Below are positions 41,601-55,575 of a stretch of 64,000 bases of DNA, piece after piece. The notes under the pieces were generated by a model, which was not told where the DNA came from, ran no database searches, and saw only the letters and a list, made by a program, of their open reading frames with translations. The translations under genes were made by a program, and so were the position numbers. The stretch's first letter is position 1; each line of letters starts with the position of its first letter. The DNA comes from Syncephalis fuscata S228 (lineage: Eukaryota > Fungi > Zoopagomycota), in the NCBI GenBank assembly GCA_025786725.1, contig JAHLTZ010000022.1, positions 1 through 64,000 on the forward strand, given 5' to 3'.

Positions 41601-41895
41601 TGATTTTTGACTAATTATATAACGTGTATTGTATACATCAACAACTTAATATTAATAGAGAGTAAGTTACATTATATATTAATTGGCCATAAACTAATTA
41701 TATACTATGTACTGTATACGTTAACAAATTAATAGCTTGTAAGTTGTATTGTATATTGATCGACTATGTACTAATCACATACTATTTACCGTGTATATCA
41801 ATATATTAATACTAATAGGCTGTAAGTAGCATTGTATATTAATGGCTTATATATTAATTATATGGCATATGATATCTTTATTCGTAAATACAGAA
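38634..41895 (+). CDS. Micro-exon gene (35 exons) encoding a secreted, Kex2-processed, 8-Cys peptide
   Basis: Exon 1 38634-38726 MKFSIAVVSTIVVALVAVTTMVDA-NPALVRR (needs one base restored at ~38640-38643). 33 micro-exons flanked by AG and GTAAGT start at 38798, 38884, 38963, 39049, 39128, 39210, 39292, 39375, 39459, 39537, 39626, 39709, 39789, 39870, 39940, 40020, 40101, 40602, 40683, 40766, 40847, 40929, 41012, 41088, 41167, 41249, 41332, 41415, 41499, 41576, 41659, 41736, 41819. Stop T|AA spans the last intron (41821/41894-41895). Confidence 0.85.
38804..41893 (+). repeat. ~33 copies of a ~70-90-bp unit; each unit is one spliceosomal intron plus a micro-exon
   Basis: Consensus GTAAGTtgtattgtatattaactgactata.actaattat...ttaatattaatAG-NNN is directly visible. 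Confidence 0.95.
40124..40526 (-). mobile_element. tRNA-derived SINE (~403 bp) inserted in an intron of the micro-exon gene
   Basis: Minus-strand 5' end GGGGACGTTGC-TAGCCCAGTTGG (A box)...GGGTTCAAACC (B box); A-rich tail (T-run 40124-40141 on +); identical 15-bp TSD tagtattgtatatta at 40109-40123 and 40527-40541; GC-richer than flanks. Confidence 0.9.
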
Positions 41896-43825
41896 TAATC
41901 GATGGTTTCAAGACATCAGCATTGATAGTGCAATCAAACCACTATTCCAATACACTTTAGGTATATATTCGGTAAAAATCAGGACCATTTGACAACTATG
42001 CCGTCCAGTCTATTTATATATCAAGTTTTGGCCAATGCTCCGGTTTATCCAGTCTTTAATCAATGAGATCATTATTTTATCAACAAGCTTGCAATCAGTT
42101 GTTTCTATTCAACTGTGCAAGCTTATAGTAATAAACTTATGGTTTCATCTTAACTATATACAATCAAATTGCTATATTTATAATCATGTCCTATTTGCAT
42201 CCAATGCTTAACAGATTAGACTAGCACAAGTTATGTCCCTATATTATTTACAAATATTATATATTATATATACCGTTGTTGAAAATGGGACATTAATACT
42301 GTTTATTATTTGCTTTGGCTGTGTAAGCTGCAACAAGACAAGCAATGAAATATTGAATGTAATAACATTTATTTCATATTGTACATTTGTATATTATGCT
42401 ATTAACTATAATGATATTTAAACAATTAATAAACTTTTATTTAATAAACTAAGTAAATATATTATGCAACAGTAAAAAGAAATAAAAATTATTATAAGAT
42501 AGAAAATTTTAAACAATGATGCAAAGCGAATGCTATAAAATTGGTCGAGATATTGACCAATATACTATAGTCAGGATGGAATTGTAATTAAATAAGTTAA
42601 ATATGAGTTTAATTAATAGTACAAACAAGGTGTAATCAGTAAAAACATGTTTTCTTAGGTTTACGCTTACAGTTGCTTATTTCTATCCAAATGAAATTTA
42701 GGTTTTTAACTTTTAAATAAAAAGAATGTCCGCCGCGATTATCAAGAGTAAATTTATTGTTTTTATTTATGAGTTTCTTGCTAAGCAGTAAAGCTTCATC
42801 TCCGCCACATCTAACTTGTGAAAATACACCATGTATTAACAAAGCATTTCCGAGTAATATAGGTTTGGATGTAGTTGTCATTAACATATTATTAGAGCGT
42901 GAATGCAAACAATACATTATAATATGACCAGTAGTTACTTAGTCATAAGACAAAGTAAAAGCATTAGTAGCTAGTTATTTTTATTATCTGCTCATGGCAA
43001 TATTAACGAATAATATAAAAACAAAGCCTACGTTATATGTGTAAATCCAAAAAAAATTTAAGCTAAACTACAAAGTATTTTCAAAATGTCGTGACCGCCA
43101 GTGCTATTCATAAACATTGTGTAATAGAATATGTTGCAAAGGAAAGAAAAAAGCAACACTCTGCTTTAAATAAGCCAATAATAAGCATTTAACCAAGTAT
43201 ATCTTTCATCTATAATCTACAATGCTATATTAGTTTAGTTTAATGCAATGCAGCCATAAGCGAATGTAAAAATAGTTCAATTTTTGACAGAATGACCTTA
43301 ATTTACTTGAAATACTAGTAGATTTAATCAACAGTGTTGATGATTTTATATTTGGGTTGTAGCACACTATTGAAGGTTACAATGGTTCAAATGATAGCTG
43401 TATCAATACCAACGACCAAGGCCAACACACGTTCTTTATGATTTTGTTTAAAAGTATGCCACAATGCTATGCCTCCTCTATTGACAGCGAATCAACACGG
43501 CAAATCAAGTTTCCTTTTATTTACTTGTTTGAATTGTCCAAAAGCATCAACAAAATCTAATAAAACCTGCACACTAATTAATGAGCACTAATAGCTAGCC
43601 GCACAATGTTTGCTAATACGCTCGAAATTCTTTTTAAATACAGGTTTCACATGCAGTCCACCAACCACCCATTAGTCCTTTCTCTTCTATTGTTTTATTG
43701 TTTTAAAATGAAAGAAAAGGATCAGCGCATGGCATGGCCTATATGATAGCTCAATTGTAGTTCTAAATAGCCCTTTGACATTCAGTCGATATCTTTTAGT
43801 TTGTATTCATTTTTCAACCACCATC

Positions 43826-44225
43826 ATGATTTATGATAGTAAATCAACAGAATCCATAATCCATGATATCAAGTCAGCAGAAGAGTTTAAAACCATAGTC
43901 CAGCAAAACGATGACCGCCGCATATTTGTTATCTTTTACATCACTTGGTTCGGCCATAACAAAAGAGCACTCTCGATTGCTGAATATGTAGCCAAAGAAT
44001 GCAGAGACACTCTTTTCATTAAAGTCAATGCCGAGAAATTAGAGGTCTGTTTATTTCTATCAAACTACGAGAGTATTAAACTAAATGAATGCTTTTTAGG
44101 CACTCGTCGATGCATATCATATTGATGGCTATCCTACAATGATGCTACTAAAAAGCGGAACAAGGATCAACTATCCAGGACCATTTAGCTACGATCATAT
44201 CAAGCGATTTATTAATATTCATTAA
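43826..44225 (+). CDS. Thioredoxin-fold protein lacking the CXXC active site
   Basis: IHDIKSAEEFKTIV...VIFYITWFGHNK...FIKVNAEKLE|ALVDAYHIDGYPTMMLLKSG; intron 44045-44099; WFGHN replaces WCGHC/WCGPC. Confidence 0.8.
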
Positions 44226-44388
44226 ATAAACTGAAATTTACTAGCCACTATTCATTATACTACTTTTATTTGGACTGCAGTTGCAATTGATCGGTTAATA
44301 TCATTTCCTTGTTGTTGGCACGAATCTTTTTTACGGCCATTCTTTCTTTCTTAGTCCCATTCTCGTCCTAGCTACCGTCCAGAAGACA

Positions 44389-44787
44389 ATGCACACACTC
44401 ACCCGTCAAGAAGAGGAAAAGCTGTTGGAGGCCTTTCGGATCAAGGCACGAAAGGCGTGCGATCCCGATATTAAAGGTAGTGGATGAATTTTATGGCGAC
44501 TTGCTGCTTGCTCGTTACTGACTAGACGAATTCAATGTAGCCTTCGCCGCGTGTGCAGCTGGACGCACAGTCAGCGTGATATTTGCCTGTCGAAGCCTGC
44601 AAAAGCAAATGAACGCTTGTCTCAAGGCCTAGTAAGTAGACAAGTAGTGCGCCTCATTCCCTCTACATTTGCTTATGTATATAATAATCTTATTAGCGGT
44701 AAAAGTGGCGAATTGGAACGTATGAAGTTGGGGCGACTACAGGAGAAACGCGCTGCTGCATCTGCTAATGGCATCAATCCTACATAG
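44389..44787 (+). CDS. CMC1: Twin CX9C COX assembly protein
   Basis: Spliced: MHTLTRQEEE...ARKACDPDIKAFAACAAGRTVSVIFACRSLQKQMNACL; two introns. Confidence 0.85.
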
Positions 44788-45217
44788 GCAGTAGCAATAA
44801 TAGCCACCACAACAACGAGAAACTGAGCGGTAGATGTTTTAAATCACATACATTTTATCATCGCTAGTAAAGAATCATGCTACTATATTCAAACAGATGT
44901 ATAATGTTGTTTCATTAAAGGTCTCAATGACGAAAAGAAATGCTAACCATTCATAAGACCAAGTAATAAAACTATGACCGGTCAACCTCAATCGAATTAA
45001 CCGTCGTCGTAATTTATCTGTATACAAGGCTTTAAATCGCGCAGTGCATCCAATTGCCATCACTTTTACTCAACAGACTAGCAAACAAATCGATTTCTGT
45101 AACACATTACTATTACCACACCTGCCACAGCTCTTTCCACCAATTCTACTTATAGTTGCTTTTATTGTTGTTATTGTTCATCTTTCTAGTCTCATTTCTT
45201 TACGTATTAAATCTCGA

Positions 45218-46864
45218 ATGTCGTACCGTAAATCTAATAACAAGGGGTCTAGAGATAGCGCTCAGTCAAATGGAATGACAACCTCGTCCACGCTAATACC
45301 CTCCGTATCGTCAGAGTATGCAACGACAGCTGCCGTAACGCCTTCTCAAATAGTTAATGACGCGTTGTCATCATCGACAATGTCAAATACGTCTGGTTCA
45401 GCAAAAGACTTGGTGAAATCAGTGGCACAAATATCGCTTAACCAATGGCTATTGGTATTATCGTTGATTGCTGGTGGCTGTTGCAGTAATGTCTACACTA
45501 TGGAAAAGATTATAAGGCAAGTATTAGACATATCATTGTGAATCATTAGACTTGTATTAACTATCACATTTAGTGGTGTACCAAAAAGCGGTAAATTTAA
45601 GAAAATATTTAATATAGTGTTTATTAATGGTAATCAATATAAATAGGTGATTTAGTAACATTTATGCAATTCTTATTTGTGGCTATCGAGGGATTTGTTG
45701 GACATTTCCAACCTTCACGCTATGGCCTGCTTAAACCACGAGCCGTACCTATTAAGCGATGGCTGTATATGGTTGCTCTATTCTACACGCTGTCTATGTT
45801 AAATAATAGAGCTCTTGGCTATCAAATATCTATGCCACTTCATATTGTATTTAGATCAGGTGGTCTACTGGTCAATATGATATTTGGATGGTTATTGGCT
45901 GGAAAACGGTAAGTTATCTTATTAATTAAGTAGAAATAAGCCATTAACTATAACAACGATTAGTTATACGTTAATGCAAGTTGGATCCATTATGCTAGTG
46001 ACAGCTGGTGTAGTAATGGCCACGGTCTATTCTAATCTATCATCATCATCATCATCCAAGGTAAGTAATTTGATATGTTAATTGAGTATACACTACTAAC
46101 TAGGGACAATACTAGACGAGTGATGATAATAATGCATCCTACACCGAGTGGCTAATTGGCATTTCACTTTTAGTTATGGCTATGTTTTTTACCGCTGGTC
46201 TAGGATTATTACAAGAAAAAACCTATGCTACCTATGGCAAGCATTGGCGAGAATCAATGTTTTATGTGGTATGTTTAGCCAATCAATTTAAATAACATCC
46301 AACTTATGTAAATATTCTTTCTATTTATTCATGTATAGCATTTTCTATCTTTGCCCATTTTTTTCTTCGTAAGACATGATATGATGAAGCAATTTGAGGC
46401 ATTAAGTGCCTCACCATTAATTGACTTACATCAATGGACACACATCTATTTACCGGCATCCATCGCATCTATTACTAATCTAATTCTGCCTTCAGTAGCA
46501 ATACCCGAGTTATGGATTTATTTAGCACTGAATATATTGACTCAGTAAGTAGTATAAAGTCTAGCATGGTCACTGCTAACAAATATATAGATACATTTGT
46601 ATTAGTGGTGTTAATCGACTGACCTCCATTGCCTCCTCATTAACCGTCAATCTTATTTTAAATATTCGAAAAATGATAAGCTTACTATTATCGGTATGGA
46701 TATTCGGTAATCGACTTGGATTGATGGCCAGTCTAGGCTGTGCTTTAGTGTTCTTAGGTACATTACTCTATTCTTATGCCGGTACTAAACAAAGCACTAC
46801 CACCACCACCACCATATCATCATCCAATACAGCGACAAAAACTAAATTAGAGAAACAGCAATAG
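45218..46864 (+). CDS. YEA4: UDP-GlcNAc/UDP-xylose transporter (UAA family, SLC35B4-like)
   Basis: GGCCSNVYTME, GDLVTFMQFLFVA, ISMPLHIVFRSGG, YGKHWRESMFY, TQYICISGV, LNIRKMISLLLS. Confidence 0.9.
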
Positions 46865-47065
46865 TATAAATTAGCAGTGTTTGCACATAATCCTTATAAT
46901 AAATCTAATGATGTCTAACATTGATGCGATTTAAACTATTTAATGTCTATAGCTAGTGTCATCATATCGATACATCTATCTACTATATTGTTATTATATT
47001 AATCCTTTGTAACAAATTCCATCTAATAGTTTATTGTACAATCGAGATAGTGTTAAAAAATAAAG

Positions 47066-48373
47066 TTAAGAGATCTCTGCTTCAATTTCATTTTCAAGCC
47101 AATCGTAATTATCATCATCCTCACTATTGCCATCGATATCGTCATGTTTCTTCTCTTCTACATCTTCCATAGCAGCTGCAATAGCATCATCCAAATCATC
47201 TATATTCATTTCATCGTTGTCATCTATTGGTGAGTTAATAGGAGGTGGTACTTTGGCAAGCATTGATTTAACTATGCTTGACTGGTCTCCTCGTGTCTTT
47301 TCTTCGTCGGAATCGCTAGTAGACTCGGAACCATCTCCATCTGAAGACGAATCGGAACTACCAGAACTAGAAGTGCCACTATCGGAAGATGTACCACTAA
47401 TGTCGTCGTCATCATCATCCGAACTTGTAGAAGAGTAAATATCTGTATTGGCAGCCGTATTTGCTGGTTGTGCTATATTGCTAGTATTAACAGTAACTGG
47501 CGTGTAAATTGAAGGCTTTTGATTCACTGAGCTGGGCAAGTGTCTAACTGTATTTGATGAACTAGGCAGAACTGGGTCTACTTCAATAAAATCATCTTCA
47601 AAATCATCATTCAAAACAGGCGATGATTGTTTTATAGGTGCATTCGACGCAGTTATAGGTCGTGCCTTGATTGCTTTCTTGGGTAATTTAATTGTTTCTT
47701 TGTTTGATTTTGTGGTAGCAGTAGTCGTAGCAGCGGTGGTGGCAGTCTGGCGTGTGGGTAACATAAGTGTTGTATTGCTTTCATTTTTGTTTTCTTCTGT
47801 TTCTTTGTTATTAGTGCTACTGTTGCTACTACGTGATGTAGATGCTGCATATTGAAACTGATAGACTTGTGGCTGATGTTCTAATGTAAACGACTATTAT
47901 TATATATTATATATTATATATTATTAATAATTAACTATACAGAATATCAAAGATACACTTACATTGGTATCTGGATCAAATACAAGTAGACAATCAGTAG
48001 CGCGTGCATCGGCTCTTTTTCCAGTAAATTGCGGCCCGTTCTAAATCATAGCTCTATTAAATATCTATCTATTACAACCAACTATGGTACTTACAGCATT
48101 AGCATCGCCCCAGCCTAGCAATGCATCGCCCGTCTTGTCATTGCATGATAAAGTGCCATTTCGAGCTGCTCCTGCTACTTGCTTATTATCTATAATGAAT
48201 AAATATTATTATAGATCAGTATTAGAAAAGACTCATTATTAAACGCAATGACTGTGCATACACTTTAATATAACTAGATTGTCGGCATGCTTGTTTGATG
48301 GTCCTGAAGAGTCGGTGAATGTGTCACTAATTATAACGTCAAAAGTGCCTTCGGTAGGCAGTGGTGCTTCCAT
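47066..48373 (-). CDS. EAF: ELL-associated factor-like transcription elongation protein
   Basis: N-terminal exons give FTGKRADARATDCLLVFDPDTNSFTLEH (EAF-domain pattern), followed by a long Ser/Asp-rich acidic tail. Confidence 0.7.
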
Positions 48374-48605
48374 TCGTGTATTGATGCAAGTGTTGTTTTG
48401 AAAAGTGAAGTGGTAAAGAAGAAAGATTTGTAGTAGATGTCCGCCAATCATTGGATTCAAACTTAATAACGATTTGAGCACACTGATGCGCTGACGTAGT
48501 CCATTTCTGTATATTTGTGTTCCCCAATACATTATTTATCGATATAGGACTTAGTACATGTATAATTTATAAAGATTTTTGACAAGTTAAACGCAAACAG
48601 ATATC

Positions 48606-50186
48606 ATGATGATCCACAACCAGAGACTATTATTTGCAACACTCCCGCTAGATATTTACAAAGAGCTGGCCAATTGTCTCGATGGTCCCGAATTAGTTCA
48701 GTTATTACGTGTAAATAAACGTATCAGTAGCTTTTTATTGGAGTATAATAAACGATGGAAAGCCCTTTATGAGAGCAGATATAATCTACAGCACTACAAA
48801 GAACGGACCTGGTTTCGCTGGTTTTTGAGTGGATGCCGTGGTCCTAAGGGTCTATCAGTTCCATGGGCACTTGCCTATTGCTTACGTTGGCAAACCGAGC
48901 AAAATATTCGTGGTCAAAACTACAATTTATATTCCGTAGACATCAATAGTGATATGAGCCTCCGTATTGCTATGTCTCGTAGTAGTTATATAGTGCTAGA
49001 TTCGCTTGTATATAGCAAAGCAATTCTGTTAACTCTTCCTCCACCACACTTTGCTAAATCGACACTAACTTTTACATCAAGCACTGACATTAAACAGCAG
49101 CACTTTAATTACGCAGACTACAACTATCACGATAAAAGCCACTTTCGTTTTACCGACCATTATTTAGTTGCTCGTAGGCTACATTTTGAACCAGGTTTGC
49201 ATGTACGCCCACTTGGACGCGGTACATCATTTCACGTTGAATGTGGACTTGAAGACAATTACAAAGGTGTTAATCCAAATCGATCACTTGATGGATTCGA
49301 AACAAACTATATGACTGGCCATTATTATGCTATCACTTCGAGCTATATGGACATTGGATCACAGTGGTGCCTGGCTATTGTGCCGACAGATCCACAACAG
49401 AATGGCAATCATCATCGTGTGTATCATTTGGCAACACGACGATGGTGTAGCGAGCAATTAGTCACACCTATGGAAAATGCTACCTGGAGAGGAGCAAGGC
49501 TATGGCGAGAATACTCAAACTTTTGTATTGTGGCTATTTTAAATACACAACAAAGTAACGATAACCGTAGACAATTAGTACTACAGCTATGGCAGTTTTC
49601 ATTAATTGCTGTATCTCCTCGATGCATCTATACAAAGGTATTTTTAATCCAAGAGGATCTGGAATGTGGTCGGGATTTCAATAGCCATATCTATCGTTTA
49701 CCTGATGATTGGCTTCATATGCAAGTTACTACAGCAACGTCGCTAGATATTAATATTTTCTATCAGCCAGAAGTGAAACTATTAGCCTTATCGACCGCTT
49801 TATACACTAATAATGAGGCATATGTTGAAATAATGGATAAAAATTGTTGGCGCACCGATAAAGCAGAAATAATTAAGACACAATACTATATACTCGATAA
49901 AAACCGAATTGCCGCTTATACTCATGAAAATAATATGATTATCTATTCTTTATTGGATGGAACAATATTGTGGCGTGGTGTCATTGGCCACTATCCACTT
50001 AGAACTTTACTGAATGAAATAATTTATTTTGAAGACAATGGTCAAATACACCAAATGGACCTTGAACAATATCAATCAGCATCCATGGCATCATCTATTG
50101 GGAAGATAAAATCATCTGAACGATACCTGACCACTCTTTCTAGCGATAGTAAAAGTTCATTATTTATTTATGACTTTTCATTTTAG
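48606..50186 (+). CDS. Intronless F-box-like protein, lineage-specific family
   Basis: 526-aa ORF with N-terminal LPLDIYKELANCLDGPELVQLLRVNKRI...WKALY, followed by a beta-rich region. Confidence 0.75.
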   Translation: MMIHNQRLLFATLPLDIYKELANCLDGPELVQLLRVNKRISSFLLEYNKRWKALYESRYNLQHYKERTWFRWFLSGCRGPKGLSVPWALAYCLRWQTEQNIRGQNYNLYSVDINSDMSLRIAMSRSSYIVLDSLVYSKAILLTLPPPHFAKSTLTFTSSTDIKQQHFNYADYNYHDKSHFRFTDHYLVARRLHFEPGLHVRPLGRGTSFHVECGLEDNYKGVNPNRSLDGFETNYMTGHYYAITSSYMDIGSQWCLAIVPTDPQQNGNHHRVYHLATRRWCSEQLVTPMENATWRGARLWREYSNFCIVAILNTQQSNDNRRQLVLQLWQFSLIAVSPRCIYTKVFLIQEDLECGRDFNSHIYRLPDDWLHMQVTTATSLDINIFYQPEVKLLALSTALYTNNEAYVEIMDKNCWRTDKAEIIKTQYYILDKNRIAAYTHENNMIIYSLLDGTILWRGVIGHYPLRTLLNEIIYFEDNGQIHQMDLEQYQSASMASSIGKIKSSERYLTTLSSDSKSSLFIYDFSF

Positions 50187-50961
50187 CAATCCAAATAAAA
50201 GTTTATAAATATTAGCGATGAAAATATAATGTGTATGACAGCAAGATGGATTGATATTTACAATAAATACAGTCTGTAATAAACATATAGTTTTTTATTA
50301 ATAGCATTAATCAGTGGATAATATATTGATCGATAATATGCTGAATGAATAAATCGTGACTGAAGAATAAGAATACATAACAATGTGGTATTGTCATTGT
50401 AAATAGAATGTAGAGTATAAGAATGATGATTACATAATATCATTTGTTACTTATCTTGTTAATATTCAATAAACTTAATCTTTTAAAAATATTATTATTT
50501 GAATCAAAGTATAATAGCATGACTACAGGCAGCAATACTAATGCCTTACCTCTAAATATATATATACGGCATAATAACCAGGAAAAACAGTGCAAAACAA
50601 GAAAATAATACAACACCGTAAAAACATTAATGCATAAAAAGAAGTACTGATAAGTAAAATTGCTCAAATAATAAGAAAGAGTGAAGAAAGAGCAGTCAAT
50701 GGAAAGTATTGACAGTAGTATATCGCGCTACCACCATCAAGATTGCAGAGTTATTGCCAGATAACCTGCAATTGCAATTAATAGTAACAACAAAATATAC
50801 AACGAGTATTACAAATATTAATAAAAATATAGTTGCTTGTAAATTATTAAAAGCAATTTGGTATCGTACTTGACCAGCTCCATTTTATAAAAGCATTAAG
50901 ACAGCTTTTCATCGTAATTAAGCCGTTTATTACATAATAATTATTGAACAATAGCAAATTA

Positions 50962-51986
50962 TCAATCTATAGTCATATCAACGATGGGTTGATCATTTAT
51001 ATAATTACTATCCAGTTGTCTTTCCTCTTCATCTTCTGACGGTAGTTCTTCAATCGTAAGACCTGGGTAATTGCTGTGTTGATACTCTGTAATTGGATAT
51101 TGATTATTGGGCCGATAAAGCGCCATAGTACATGTTGATGGATTATCTTCATAATGAGTATAATTAGAGTGTGACCAGTGTTGTGTAGGTATTGGTGGTA
51201 TTGTTGTTTCTTTTGCACACCACCAATGATCCGATGAACTAGGAAAGGTAATTTTATCTGGTAATCGTGATGTTGTAGATTTACCTTGAGACCACGGCAC
51301 AAGATCTAATGACAAAACATTTGATGGCTGCTGTTGTTGCTCAGACATAGTTGCATCGAGTAAATCACCATTTACTTGCTGCCTATTATTATTAACTGAT
51401 GGTAAAGGTTCCCATGTATCCATCGATATAAGGCGGGTGCTATTCTCGTTTGACAAAGATTTACCATTGTAATTATTTAAATGATCTGATATAGTAGCTG
51501 AGCCAATAGAACGATTTGCATCATTGTAACGCGCTCGTTTCTTTGATGACGATAATGAAGGTGTTGATACAATTGGATATGACATAGAAGGTGACCGTAC
51601 ATTAAAAGAACGATGTTCATCATAATAGTTAGTGTTGTCGCCACCACCACCATAATCATCATCATCGTTATCATTTCGTCTTCGTTTACTGTGTAGTTGT
51701 GGTGATTTCGGCACTGGCTTCACTGTATGACACCAATTGGATGTACGTAATCTTTTTAAATCTACTGCCACATCTTCATTATCTTGATCAAAATGATCAT
51801 AATTTTGAGATCGTTTTTGAGGTCGAGAATTTCTTTCGTTATTAGCACATTGACTATTGTCTTCTGGTTCAATATTATTGTTTCTTTGTGGAATAAAAGG
51901 AGAAAACAACGGGTTAGACCCATTTGACGAGACCAATGGCGTCTGATGACTCGGTTGGAAGACGAAGAATACGAGTAATGGTTCAT
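50962..51986 (-). CDS. Hypothetical disordered protein with basic NLS-like clusters
   Basis: 324-aa ORF plus a probable ATG at 51986 across a frameshift; KRLR, KRRR and KKRAR clusters; no family recognised. Confidence 0.55.
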
Positions 51987-52433
51987 AGTGGAATACTGAC
52001 CAAGTAGCTTGTGCTTAATAAATCAGTAAATAGATAGTTGAACAATTCACGACACAATAGCAATGCTTCAAATAATAGTCAACATAACAGTAACGACCCA
52101 CTAATAGCATTTGCTGTAATAACTGTAAATAGTGGTCGTTTGAAGTGTATTGTCGTAAGTACAAGTGCTAGTGAGTAATACGCAACTTCATTGCCTTAAA
52201 AGCAAGTAGAAAAAGTGAAACATGAAACCACCGGTGTTTGTAATAAGAAATCGAGTCATTCAACTAGAATAAAAGATATAGAGTTCACTTATAAATAAAT
52301 AGCAGCAGTCGCACTTTGTAGAGACAAATAGAAGAATATTAATAGTGTGGTGTAACAAGTGGTTAGAAAAGAAATTGCTAGAAGATTCACGAACTATTAA
52401 TATAGTTTATTTAATTTATTTATATAATAATAT

Positions 52434-55468
<3,035 letters not shown>

Positions 55469-55575
55469 AATATTTAATATAAATATTGATACAAGTATGA
55501 ATATCAATGGTCAATCAGTATGAAAGAGAGAGAAAGAGAGAAAAGAAGAAAAATATTTCTTGTTTCTTATTCACC

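Noticed and set aside
38804-41893. CRISPR array or plain minisatellite
   Set aside because: Eukaryotic context with no cas genes; the variable parts are only 3 nt; the repeats carry splice donor, branch and acceptor signals and splice into a coherent ORF.
42600-43600. Possible gene fragments downstream of the micro-exon gene
   Set aside because: Frames are broken by stops and I recognise no motif.
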